A DNA stretch of 64,000 bases from an uncultured Actinomycetota bacterium. Its GTDB lineage: Bacteria > Actinomycetota > Actinomycetes > Mycobacteriales > CADCTP01. A program made the position numbers and the translations under genes. Location of the stretch: contig CAVSMA010000004.1 in NCBI GenBank assembly GCA_963728945.1, positions 532,710 to 596,709 of the forward strand, read 5' to 3'. A model generated the notes under the pieces. The model did not search any database. It saw only the letters and a list, made by a program, of their open reading frames with translations, and was not told the DNA's origin. Numbering within the stretch: position 1 is the first letter of the stretch; each line of letters begins with the position of its first letter. This document shows, one piece after another, positions 9,339 through 17,511 of the stretch.

Positions 9339-9379
9339 TAAAGCTTTTCCAAAGGACTTGGTAAAGGCTTTCCAAAGTC
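9339..9379. promoter_or_regulatory. two ~19-bp imperfect direct repeats (GTAAAGCTTTTCCAAAGGA / GTAAAGGCTTTCCAAAGTC) just upstream of the MFS gene SD
   Basis: Read directly. Shared core TTTCCAAAG at 9346-9354 and 9369-9377, in an AT-richer leader. Confidence 0.3.
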
Positions 9380-9393
9380 AGGGAGGGAAGACG

Positions 9394-10872
9394 GTGGCTA
9401 TCTCACAAGCCTCCGAGCCCTCGGTGCGGAGCCTGATCCCCGCTCGCATCGACCGGCTGTCCTGGGCGCCGTTCCACACCAGGATGGTGATCGCACTGGG
9501 CGTCGCCTGGGTGCTGGACGGTCTCGAGATCACGATCGTCAGCGCACTCGGTGCGGTGCTGAGCGACAACGACACGCTCGGCCTGAGCTCCGCGGCCGTC
9601 GGCCTGATCGCCACCGTCTACCTGCTCGGCGAGGTGTTCGGCGCGCTGTTCTTCGGCAAGCTGTCCGACCAGCTCGGCCGGAAGAACCTGTTCATCATCA
9701 CCCTCGGCGTCTACCTCGCCGGCAACGCGCTGACCGCACTGACCTGGAGCAACACCGCGGTCGCGATCGGCTTCCTCTACCTGACCCGGTTCGTCGCCGG
9801 CATGGGCATCGGCGGTGAGTACGCGGCGATCAACTCCGCGATCGACGAGATGATGCCGGCCCGCTACCGCGGCCGCGTCGACATCGCCATCAACGGCACC
9901 TACTGGGGCGGCGCGATCCTCGGCACCCTGGTCCAGCTGCTGCTGCTGAACACGCTCGACCACAGCATCGCCTGGCGGCTCGGCTTCCTGGTCGGCCCGG
10001 CGATCGGTCTGTGCATCTGGCGCCTGCGGAAGAACCTGCCGGAGAGCCCGCGGTGGCTGGTCATCCACGGTCGCGAGCAGGAGGCCGAGGACAACATCCG
10101 GATCATCGAGGACGAGGTGCGCGCGTCCGGCCAGACGCTCGAGGACGTGCCGGACAACCGGGCGATCGAGATCCGGCCGCAACCGCCGGTGCGCTTCCTG
10201 CACCTGGCCAAAGTGCTGTTCCAGTCGCACCGCCGGCGCACGATCCTCGGCTCGACCCTGATGATCACGCAGTCGTTCCTCTACAACGCGATCTTCTTCA
10301 CCTACACGCTGGTTCTCACCAAGGTGTACGGGATCTCGGAGTCGTGGGCGCCGGCGTTCCTCATCGCGTTCGCGGTCGGCAACCTGGTCGGTCCGCTGAC
10401 CCTGGGCAAGCTGTTCGACACGATCGGGCGGCGCAAGATGATCGCCGGGACCTACCTGCTCTCCGGCGTGCTGCTGGCGATCTCGGCGGCGATGTTCCAG
10501 GCCGGCATGCTCAACGCGTACACGCAGACGCTGGCCTGGTGCATCATCTTCTTCTTCGCCTCCTGCGGTGCGAGTGCCGCGTACCTGACCGTGAGCGAGA
10601 TCTTCCCGATGGAGATCCGCGCGCAGGCGATCGCGCTGTTCTTCGCCGTCGCGCAGTGCTTCGGCGCCTTCGGCCCGTGGTTCTACGGCCAGCTGATCGG
10701 CGACGGCACCAACCACACGATGCTCACCATCGGCTACCTCATCGGCGCCGCGGTGATGGTCGTCGGCGGGTTGGTCGAGGTGTTCCTCGGCATCGACGCG
10801 GAGAACAAGTCGCTCGAGGACGTCGCCACCCCGCTGTCGGTGGTCGCCGAGCCCGCGACCGCGGCAGCATAG
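9394..10872 (+). CDS. MFS transporter, sugar-porter/metabolite:H+ symporter type
   Basis: GTG 9394 after GGGAGGG. MFS motif A GKLSDQLGRKN, sugar-porter motif LPESPRWL, about 12 TM helices. Confidence 0.85.
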   Translation: MAISQASEPSVRSLIPARIDRLSWAPFHTRMVIALGVAWVLDGLEITIVSALGAVLSDNDTLGLSSAAVGLIATVYLLGEVFGALFFGKLSDQLGRKNLFIITLGVYLAGNALTALTWSNTAVAIGFLYLTRFVAGMGIGGEYAAINSAIDEMMPARYRGRVDIAINGTYWGGAILGTLVQLLLLNTLDHSIAWRLGFLVGPAIGLCIWRLRKNLPESPRWLVIHGREQEAEDNIRIIEDEVRASGQTLEDVPDNRAIEIRPQPPVRFLHLAKVLFQSHRRRTILGSTLMITQSFLYNAIFFTYTLVLTKVYGISESWAPAFLIAFAVGNLVGPLTLGKLFDTIGRRKMIAGTYLLSGVLLAISAAMFQAGMLNAYTQTLAWCIIFFFASCGASAAYLTVSEIFPMEIRAQAIALFFAVAQCFGAFGPWFYGQLIGDGTNHTMLTIGYLIGAAVMVVGGLVEVFLGIDAENKSLEDVATPLSVVAEPATAAA

Positions 10873-10885
10873 TCACGCACCGACC

Positions 10886-10916
10886 CCGGCCGGGCGACCG
10901 AGCGTCGCCCGGCCGG
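10886..10916 (+). terminator. 13-bp perfect stem hairpin after the MFS gene
   Basis: CCGGCCGGGCGAC-cgagc-GTCGCCCGGCCGG, 14 nt after the stop. No real U-tract. Confidence 0.45.
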
Positions 10917-10929
10917 GTTATGGTCAGGC

Positions 10930-11517
10930 GTGGGCGGTTCGGAGTGGTACCTGACGGTCCCGCCGGGCTGGCGCCCGCTGCCGGCCGTCGGCGCGGAGAA
11001 GCTCTCCGACCGCCGCGTGGTGCTGGCCGAGCCGCCGGGTGCCTTCCGGTATGACGTGCGGGCGGTCAGCGAGCCGTACGGGGCCGAAGACGGCGAGCTC
11101 TACGTCGACGTGGTCAGCGAGCACGACTGGTACCGCTCGCGGATCCGGAAGGAGCCGGTGCGGACTTCGCCCTACCGGCTGGACCGGGTCTGGGTCGAGC
11201 AGGGCGAGCAGGTCGAGGCGACGCCGGCGGAGACGCCGCCGTCGGGGGTCTTCGAGCGGCTGGTCACCCCGGACGTGCCGCCGGAGCGGCCGCCGCGGCG
11301 CGCCGGCGACGTGCCCGACCTGGCCGGGCGGCGGGTGGTCGTGGTGCAGCCGGGCGGTCCGATCCGGCACCGCCGGGCGGTGAGCGAGCCGTACCTGGAC
11401 GCGGACGGCGACGTCGCGGTCACGATCTGCTCGGAGCACGACTGGTATCGCTGGGTGATCACCCGCGAGCCGCCCCGCGCCGAACCGTGCCCGCTCTACC
11501 TCGTCTGGGTGGAGTGA
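10930..11517 (+). CDS. hypothetical protein built from two tandem copies of an uncharacterised ~50-aa module
   Basis: RAVSEPYGAEDGELYVDVVSEHDWYRSRIRKEPVRTSPYRLDRVWVE versus RAVSEPYLDADGDVAVTICSEHDWYRWVITREPPRAEPCPLYLVWVE. Confidence 0.6.
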   Translation: MGGSEWYLTVPPGWRPLPAVGAEKLSDRRVVLAEPPGAFRYDVRAVSEPYGAEDGELYVDVVSEHDWYRSRIRKEPVRTSPYRLDRVWVEQGEQVEATPAETPPSGVFERLVTPDVPPERPPRRAGDVPDLAGRRVVVVQPGGPIRHRRAVSEPYLDADGDVAVTICSEHDWYRWVITREPPRAEPCPLYLVWVE

Positions 11518-11626
11518 CGCCCCGGGCGCGCCGCTGGGGTCCACGCCGTCCGGGTGTTCAGCGGGCCCGCCCCTGAACCGCGCCGCCAGGGAGTTCAGCG
11601 GCCGACCGCTGAACCGCGCGGCCGGC

Positions 11627-11795
11627 CCTGAACCCGCGCGGCGCTTCAGCCGGCGGCGCTCCCGCTCGGACAGCCCGCCCCAGATGCCGAACCGCTCGTC
11701 GTGCTTGTCTGGCGCGCCCTAAACCGCGCGGCGCTTGAGCCGGCGGCGCTCCCGCTCGGACAGCCCGCCCCAGATGCCGAACCGCTCGTCGTGCT
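11627..11795. repeat. 90-bp-period tandem duplication of the whiB 3' end (about 79-bp copies at 11627-11705 and 11717-11795)
   Basis: The near-identical stretch ...GCGCTTSAGCCGGCGGCGCTCCCGCTCGGACAGCCCGCCCCAGATGCCGAACCGCTCGTCGTGCT occurs twice. Further degenerate CTGAACCGCGC units lie at 11571-11640. Confidence 0.85.
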
Positions 11796-11997
11796 CCAGT
11801 GCGTATTCCAGGCACTCCGCCCTGACTTCGCAGGTCGTGCAGATGCGCTTGGCCTCCCGGGTGGAGCCGCCCTTCTCCGGGAAGAACGCCTCCGGGTCGG
11901 TCTGCGCGCACAACGCCCGCTCCTGCCAGCCGGGCTCCTCGGCCAAGCCGAAGAACCCCGCGAACACGGACCCCTCCTCGTACATGGGCTCGCTCAT
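11719..11997 (-). CDS. whiB: WhiB-family Fe-S transcription factor (WhiB/WhiB2 orthologue type)
   Basis: CAQTDPEAFFPEKGGSTREAKRICTTCEVRAECLEYALEHDERFGIWGGLSERERRRLKR. Start taken at MSEPMYEEG; the ORF-track start at 12027 is also possible. Confidence 0.9.
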   Translation of the reverse strand: MSEPMYEEGSVFAGFFGLAEEPGWQERALCAQTDPEAFFPEKGGSTREAKRICTTCEVRAECLEYALEHDERFGIWGGLSERERRRLKRRAV

Positions 11998-12371
11998 CGG
12001 GGCCCCTTCCCACCACTCGACCCACACCCCGTGTCGGTGTGTTCCCCCCGGTCCAGAGAATCACACCGGTGTAAGTACACCCGTGTCGCTACCGCACAGT
12101 CAAGCCGGGATCTGCTACACGATCATGTTCGGCCGGATCCGACCCCGGTCCCCCGGCGTGTCGCCCCAACACGCCGACCCGCCCGGAACGCCCGATTACG
12201 ACGGCCGCCGAAGTGTGCCGCACCCCCCGTTCCGCCCCCGCACCCACCCTCGATCCCCGAACCCGCATCCCGTCAAAGGAACCGCGGAACGCCGACCACC
12301 CGGCGGTGACGCACCGCGGACGCGGTCGACAGGGACCGCCGAGACCCCGGGCCCGCGCAGGACTCCCAGGC

Positions 12372-12712
12372 CCGGAGCCGGCGGGAACACCGGTCCCGGC
12401 GGGAACACCGGAGCCGGCGGGAACACCGGTCCCGGCGGAACACCGGTCCCGGCGGAACACGGTCCCGGGCCGGAACACCGAGGCCGGGCGGAACACCAGT
12501 CCCGAGACGGGACCGAGGCCGGGCGGAACACCGGTCCCGGGACGGGACCGAGGCCGGGCGGAACACCAGTCCCGGGACGGGACCGAGGCGGGGCGGGACA
12601 CCGGCACACCGGGCCGGGCAGGACCGGGACCGGGCGGGACACCGGCACGTCCGGGACACCGGCCCGTCCGGGACACCGGCCCGTCCGGGACACCGGCCCG
12701 CCCGGGAAGCGG
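12372..12712. repeat. iteron-like array: about 14 copies of core GG(A/G)ACACCGG at 17-18-bp or 35-bp spacing, in the whiB-fbiA divergent intergenic region
   Basis: Read directly. Three sub-families: GGGAACACCGGTCCCGGC; GGAACACCRGTCCCGRGACGGGACCGAGGCCGGGC x3, containing the palindrome GTCCCGGGAC; and GGGACACCGGCCCGTCC x4. Confidence 0.85.
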
Positions 12713-12738
12713 GATTCCGGGCGCGCACGCCCGCGTTC

Positions 12739-12850
12739 GGGTGGGGGAGGGTGGGTGGGTCGGGTGAGTGAGTCGGGGTGGGTGGGTGCGTGGGTGACCG
12801 AGTGAGTCGGGGTGGGTGGGTCGGCGTGGGTGACCGAGTGAGTGGGAGGA
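12739..12850 (+). repeat. G-rich tandem repeat with G-quadruplex-type runs (GGGTGGGGGAGGGTGGGTGGGTCGGG; GGGGTGGGTGGGTGCGTGGG; GGGGTGGGTGGGTCGGCGTGGG), abutting the fbiA SD
   Basis: Read directly. The ~40-bp unit GAGTGAGTCGGGGTGGGTGGGT..GTGGGTGACC is repeated, and the tract ends in GGGAGGA before GTG 12858. Confidence 0.7.
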
Positions 12851-12857
12851 TGAAGGC

Positions 12858-13814
12858 GTGCGGCTGGTCGTGGTGGCTGGGGGCATCGGCGGGGCCCGGT
12901 TCCTCCGCGGTGTGCGGGCCGCGGTGCCCGATGCCGAGATCACCGCGCTGGTCAACACCGGCGACGACGTGACCCTGCACGGCCTGCGGATCTGCCCCGA
13001 CCTCGACACGGTGATGTACACCCTCGGCGGCGGCATCGACCCCGACCGCGGCTGGGGCCGGGCCGGCGAGACCTGGCGGGTCAAGGACGAGCTGGCCGCG
13101 TACGGCGCCGACCCGGCCTGGTTCGGGCTCGGCGACCTCGACCTCGCCACCCACCTGGTGCGCACCCGGATGCTCGACGCCGGCTACCCGCTGTCCGCGG
13201 TCACCGAGGCGCTGTGCGCCCGCTGGCAACCGGGCGTGCGGCTGCTGCCGATGAGCGACGACCGGGTCGAGACGCACGTGCTGGTCGACCGCGAGGACGG
13301 GCAGGGCCGGCACGCGATCCACTTCCAGGAGTGGTGGGTGCGGCACCGGGCCGCCCTGCCCGCGTACGGGTTCGTCCAGGTCGGCGTCGACGGGGCCAAG
13401 CCGGCGCCCGGCGTGCTCGACGCGCTGGCCGCCGCCGACGCGGTGCTGTTCGCGCCGAGCAACCCGGTGGTGAGCGTGGGCACGGTGCTGGCGGTTCCGG
13501 GCGTCCGGGATGCGGTCCGGTCCGCGCCCGGCCGGGTGGTCGGGCTCTCGCCGATCGTCGGTGGCGCGCCGGTGCGCGGCATGGCCGACGCCTGCCTGAC
13601 CGCGATCGGCGTGGACACCTCCGCCGAGGCGGTCGGCCGCTGGTACGGCTCCCGCGCCTGGGCCGACGGCGTGCTCGACGGCTGGCTGGTGGACACCGCG
13701 GACGCCGGCGCCGAGGTGCCCGGCGTGCTGGTGCGCGCCGTGCCGCTGATGATGACCGACGAGGCCGCGACCGCCGAGATGGCCCGCGCCGCCCTGGCGC
13801 TCGCCGGTGTCTGA
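12858..13814 (+). CDS. fbiA: 2-phospho-L-lactate transferase (F420 biosynthesis, CofD/FbiA)
   Basis: [18 protein letters not shown]...[27 protein letters not shown]...[16 protein letters not shown]. Synteny next to whiB as in mycobacteria. Confidence 0.9.
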   Translation: MRLVVVAGGIGGARFLRGVRAAVPDAEITALVNTGDDVTLHGLRICPDLDTVMYTLGGGIDPDRGWGRAGETWRVKDELAAYGADPAWFGLGDLDLATHLVRTRMLDAGYPLSAVTEALCARWQPGVRLLPMSDDRVETHVLVDREDGQGRHAIHFQEWWVRHRAALPAYGFVQVGVDGAKPAPGVLDALAAADAVLFAPSNPVVSVGTVLAVPGVRDAVRSAPGRVVGLSPIVGGAPVRGMADACLTAIGVDTSAEAVGRWYGSRAWADGVLDGWLVDTADAGAEVPGVLVRAVPLMMTDEAATAEMARAALALAGV

Positions 13815-15468
13815 GCCGAGCAGCGGCGCGGCCGACGCGGTGTCGACCCGACCTGCCGGCGAGCCGACCCCGACGCGCGCGGCCGACACGCCGGGACCAG
13901 CCGACACGACAGGGCCGGCCGACACGACAGGACCGGCCGACACGACAGGGCCGACCGACACGACAGGGCCGACCGACACGACAGGGCCGACCGACACGAC
14001 AGGGCCGACCGACACGACAGGGCCGACCGACACGACAGGGCCGACCGACACGACAGGGCCGACCGACACGACAGGGCCGACCGACACGACAACCGCGGCT
14101 CGGGAGGCAGCGGGGACCGGTCGGTCGGTGGGGATCGGCGCCGGGGGTGCCGTGCCGGCCGAGGTGCGGGTCATCCCGGTGGTCGGGCTGCCTGACTTCC
14201 GGCCCGGGGACGACCTGGCGGGGGCGATCGCGGCGGCCGCGCCGTGGATCGAGGACAGCGACGTCGTCGTCGTCACCTCCAAAGCAGTGTCCAAAGTGGA
14301 GGGTCGGCTGGTGCCGGCGCCGGCCGACCCGGCCGCGCGGGAGGCGGCCCGGCAGCGGGCGGTCGACGCGGAGACCGTCCGGGTCGTCGCCGCCCGCGGC
14401 CGGACGCGGATCGTCGAGACCCGGCAGGGCCTCGTCCTCGCCGCCGCCGGCGTCGACGCCAGCAACGTCCGGTCGGGCGAGCTTGCCCTGCTGCCGGTCG
14501 ACCCGGACGCGTCGGCCCGGGCGCTGCGGGACGAGCTCAAGGCCGCGCTCGGCCGCACCGTCGCGGTCGTCGTCAGCGACACGATGGGCCGGCCCTGGCG
14601 CACCGGCGTCGTCGACGTCGCGATCGGTGCGGCCGGCGTCCGCGCGGTCGAGGACCTGCGAGGCCGCACCGACACGCACGGGATGCGGCTGGAGATGACC
14701 GAGGTCGCGGTCGCCGACGAGCTGGCCGCCGCGGCCGAGCTGGCCAAGGGGAAGCTCAGCGGCGTCCCGGTCGCCGTCGTCCGTGGACTGTCGCCTGTGG
14801 ACGATCCGCGCGGCGCCCGGGCGCTGCTGCGCCCGCCCGCGGACGACCTGTTCCGGCTCGGCACTGCGGAGGCGGTCGAGGAGGGCCGGCGGCAGGCGCT
14901 GGCCGGGGCGGCCGACCCGCCGGCGGCGCACCGGGACGCGGTGGCCGTGCTGGCCGCGTACGACGACCCGGAGCTGGACCAGCGCTCGCTCGCCACGGCG
15001 ATGCTGGCCTTCCTGGCGGCGCGCCCGGACGCGACCTTCCGGTCCTGCCGCCCCGGTCACCTCACCGCGACCACGGTCGTGCTGGACGCCGACGCCCGGC
15101 GCACGCTGCTGACCCTGCACCCGAGGGTCGGCGCCTGGCTGCCGCTGGGCGGGCACATCGAGCCGGCGGACCCGACGCTGGCCGCGACCGCGCTGCGGGA
15201 GGCGACCGAGGAGAGCGGCATCCCCGGCCTGCGGCTGGATCCCGTCCCGCTCTACCTCGGCGTGTTCCCGGTGACCTGCTCGCTCGGCGTGCCGACCCGG
15301 CACCTGGACGTGATCTTCTTCGCGGTGGCCCCGCCCGGTGCGGTCGAGGTGCGCAGCCACGAGTCCGACGACCTGCGCTGGTTCCCGGTCGACGCGCTGC
15401 CGGAGGCGCCGGCGGACGTGGCGGTCGCGGTCGGGCGGGCCGTGGCCCGGGTCCGGGGCCGGTCCTGA
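13807..15468 (+). CDS. cofE: F420-0:gamma-glutamyl ligase (CofE) fused to a C-terminal Nudix-hydrolase-like domain, with a repeat-rich N-terminal extension (true start may be near 14119)
   Basis: CofE core [53 protein letters not shown]... C-terminal Nudix-box-like [28 protein letters not shown] 13807 overlaps the fbiA stop. Confidence 0.8.
   Translation: MSEPSSGAADAVSTRPAGEPTPTRAADTPGPADTTGPADTTGPADTTGPTDTTGPTDTTGPTDTTGPTDTTGPTDTTGPTDTTGPTDTTGPTDTTTAAREAAGTGRSVGIGAGGAVPAEVRVIPVVGLPDFRPGDDLAGAIAAAAPWIEDSDVVVVTSKAVSKVEGRLVPAPADPAAREAARQRAVDAETVRVVAARGRTRIVETRQGLVLAAAGVDASNVRSGELALLPVDPDASARALRDELKAALGRTVAVVVSDTMGRPWRTGVVDVAIGAAGVRAVEDLRGRTDTHGMRLEMTEVAVADELAAAAELAKGKLSGVPVAVVRGLSPVDDPRGARALLRPPADDLFRLGTAEAVEEGRRQALAGAADPPAAHRDAVAVLAAYDDPELDQRSLATAMLAFLAARPDATFRSCRPGHLTATTVVLDADARRTLLTLHPRVGAWLPLGGHIEPADPTLAATALREATEESGIPGLRLDPVPLYLGVFPVTCSLGVPTRHLDVIFFAVAPPGAVEVRSHESDDLRWFPVDALPEAPADVAVAVGRAVARVRGRS
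13881..14092. repeat. 18-bp tandem repeat x~11-12 (RCCGACACGACAGGGCCG)
   Basis: Read directly. If translated it gives TTGP(A/T)D x11, at the 5' end of the cofE ORF. Confidence 0.9.
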
Positions 15469-16301
15469 TGGGGGCGCTCGACCCGGTCGGGTCCTGGCCG
15501 GTCGGCGCGGCCGCGGCCGCGGTGGTCGGCCCGGACGGCACCGTGCTGGAGACGTACGGCGACCAGGACAAGGTCTTCCCGCTGGCCAGCGTGACCAAGC
15601 CGCTGGTCGCGCTGTCGGTGCTGGTCGCGGTCGAGGAGGGTGCGCTCGGCCTCGACGACCCGGCCGGCCCGGAAGGCTCGACCGTCCGGCACCTGCTGGC
15701 GCACGCCTCCGGGCTCGCGCCGGACAAGGACCTGGTGGTCGCCAAGCCGGGCACCAGGCGGATCTACTCCAACGCCGGCTTCGACGTGCTTGGCGACCAC
15801 CTGGCCGCGGTGACCGGCCTCGGCTGCGCCGACTACCTGCACCAGGCGCTGGCCGAGCCGCTCGGCCTGACCGGCACCGCGCTGGTCGGCCGGCCGCACG
15901 GAGGCGGCGAGTCGACCGTCGGCGACCTGGCGCTGGTCGCGGCCGAGCTGGTGCGCCCCGGCCGGTTGCTGCACCCGAGCACCGTGGCCGCCCTGGCGAC
16001 CGTGCAGTTCCCCGGCCTGTCCGGAGTCGTGCCCGGGTACGGCCGGCAGCAGGACAACGACTGGGGTCTCGGGTTCGAGATCCGCGACGCGAAGTCGCCG
16101 CACTGGACCGGCCGCAGCAACCACCCGTCCACGTACGGGCACTTCGGCCGGTCCGGCACGTTCCTCTGGGTGGACCCGGTCGCACGGCTCGGGCTGGTCG
16201 TGCTCACCGACACCGAGTTCGAGCAGTGGGCCAAGGACGCCTGGCCGCCGCTGGCCGACGCGGTGCTGCGGGCGTACGGCACCGGTCAGAACGACCGGTA
16301 G
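15468..16301 (+). CDS. serine hydrolase / beta-lactamase-family protein
   Basis: SVTK (SxxK) and YSN motifs. ATG overlaps the cofE stop (TGATG). Confidence 0.75.
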   Translation: MGALDPVGSWPVGAAAAAVVGPDGTVLETYGDQDKVFPLASVTKPLVALSVLVAVEEGALGLDDPAGPEGSTVRHLLAHASGLAPDKDLVVAKPGTRRIYSNAGFDVLGDHLAAVTGLGCADYLHQALAEPLGLTGTALVGRPHGGGESTVGDLALVAAELVRPGRLLHPSTVAALATVQFPGLSGVVPGYGRQQDNDWGLGFEIRDAKSPHWTGRSNHPSTYGHFGRSGTFLWVDPVARLGLVVLTDTEFEQWAKDAWPPLADAVLRAYGTGQNDR

Positions 16302-17209
16302 TCGATCGGCGCGAACCGCGGGCCGTACCGCGGCTTCCCGACGCCGGACAGCTCGATCAGCCGGACCACGCGGTGCCGGTGACCGGGCCATTCCGCCAGC
16401 AGTTCGAGCATGCCGTCGTCGTCGACGCGCCGCCCGACGAGGAAGTGCCCGACCAGGCCGGGGATGTGGAAGTCGCCGACCGAGGGTGCGTCCGCGTCGC
16501 CGAGCGCGCGCTGGGCGGTCTCGGCGGCGGTCCACACCCCGATGCCGGGCACCGTCCGCAGCCGGGCCAGCGCGGCCGCCGGCGCCAGGTCGACGCACTC
16601 CTCCAGCCGGTCCGCGACGGTCGCCGCCGCGCGGATGGCCCGCTGCCGGTCGATGCCGACCCCGGCCCGGTGCCAGTCCCAGGTCGGGACGTCGAGCAGC
16701 CGGGCCGCCGGCGGCGGCACCCGCATCCCGGCCGGCGCCGGCCCCGGCGCCGGCGTCCCGTACCGCTGCAGCACGAACCGCCATGCCTCGTGCGCCTGCT
16801 TCCCGGTGACCTTCTGCTCGAAGATCGCCGGGATCACCGAGTCCAGCACCAACCCGGTGCGCGGGATCCGTACGCCCGGGTGCAGCCGGTGCACGTCCGC
16901 CAGCCGCTGGTGCCGCGGCACGAACCCGTCCACCGGGTCCCGCGCGCCGAGCAGATCCGGCACCGACGCGATCGTCCACTCCGCGCCCGGACCCCACGCG
17001 GTCGCGTGCACCTCGCCGCCGCCGGCCTGGCGAAGCGCCACCGTGGCCGGCCCGGCCGGCGTCAGCGCGGCCCGCCAGAACATCCCCCCGGCGATGCGGT
17101 GGGCCCGGTCGCTGCGGCCGCGGACGAGCGGCCAGAGCGTGCCGCGGATGTCCACCGGCCGGCCGGCCCGCCACACGGTCGAGACCGTCCCGACCTCGAC
17201 CGCAGTCAT
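16286..17209 (-). CDS. DNA-3-methyladenine glycosylase II family (AlkA-like, HhH-GPD)
   Basis: AIFEQKVTGKQAHEAWRFVLQRYG...LRTVPGIGVWTAAETAQRALGDADAPSVGDFH. Convergent 16-nt overlap with the previous gene. Confidence 0.7.
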   Translation of the reverse strand: MTAVEVGTVSTVWRAGRPVDIRGTLWPLVRGRSDRAHRIAGGMFWRAALTPAGPATVALRQAGGGEVHATAWGPGAEWTIASVPDLLGARDPVDGFVPRHQRLADVHRLHPGVRIPRTGLVLDSVIPAIFEQKVTGKQAHEAWRFVLQRYGTPAPGPAPAGMRVPPPAARLLDVPTWDWHRAGVGIDRQRAIRAAATVADRLEECVDLAPAAALARLRTVPGIGVWTAAETAQRALGDADAPSVGDFHIPGLVGHFLVGRRVDDDGMLELLAEWPGHRHRVVRLIELSGVGKPRYGPRFAPIDYRSF

Positions 17210-17502
17210 CCCCCGCTCCTCGGACGGACCCGGCCTCGTCCCTCCGCCGGCTCAGCCCTCGTCGCTCCCCGCTCGCCCTGCGGGCCCTCGGGCTCGCTCA
17301 TCCCCCCGCTCCCCGGACGGACCCGGCCTCGTCCCTCCGCCGGCTCAGCCCTCGTCGCTCCCCGCTCGCCCTGCGGGCCCTCGGGCTCGCTCATCCCCCC
17401 GCTCCCCGGACGGACCCGGCCTCGTCCCTCCGCCGGCTCAGCCCTCGTCGCTCCCCGCTCGCCCTGCGGGCCCTCGGGCTCGCTCATCCCCCCGCTCCCC
17501 AT
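17207..17502. repeat. 93-bp tandem repeat, three full copies plus a partial one, filling the manB-stop to alkA-like-start gap
   Basis: Units start near 17207, 17299, 17391 and 17485. Each carries GGGGGG-ATG. Read on the - strand it forms a 98-aa ORF of 31-aa repeats whose TGA overlaps the downstream ATG. Confidence 0.85.
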
Positions 17503-17511
17503 CCGGCGGTC

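Noticed and set aside
8648-9364. 238-aa plus-strand ORF in the hydrolase-MFS gap
   Set aside because: Its composition is not protein-like (Pro/Arg/Gly/Ser runs), it has no SD, and it overlaps the better-supported small minus-strand gene.
11558-12064. 168-aa minus-strand ORF overlapping whiB
   Set aside because: It is out of frame with the unmistakable WhiB sequence. Its internal repeat (RAVRHLGRAVRAGAPPA x2) is only the translated 90-bp DNA duplication.
12372-12712. CRISPR array (also considered for 53943-54229 and 56355-56465)
   Set aside because: The units are directly adjacent or separated by fixed, related sequence. There are no unique spacers of 25-40 bp, no cas genes and no leader.
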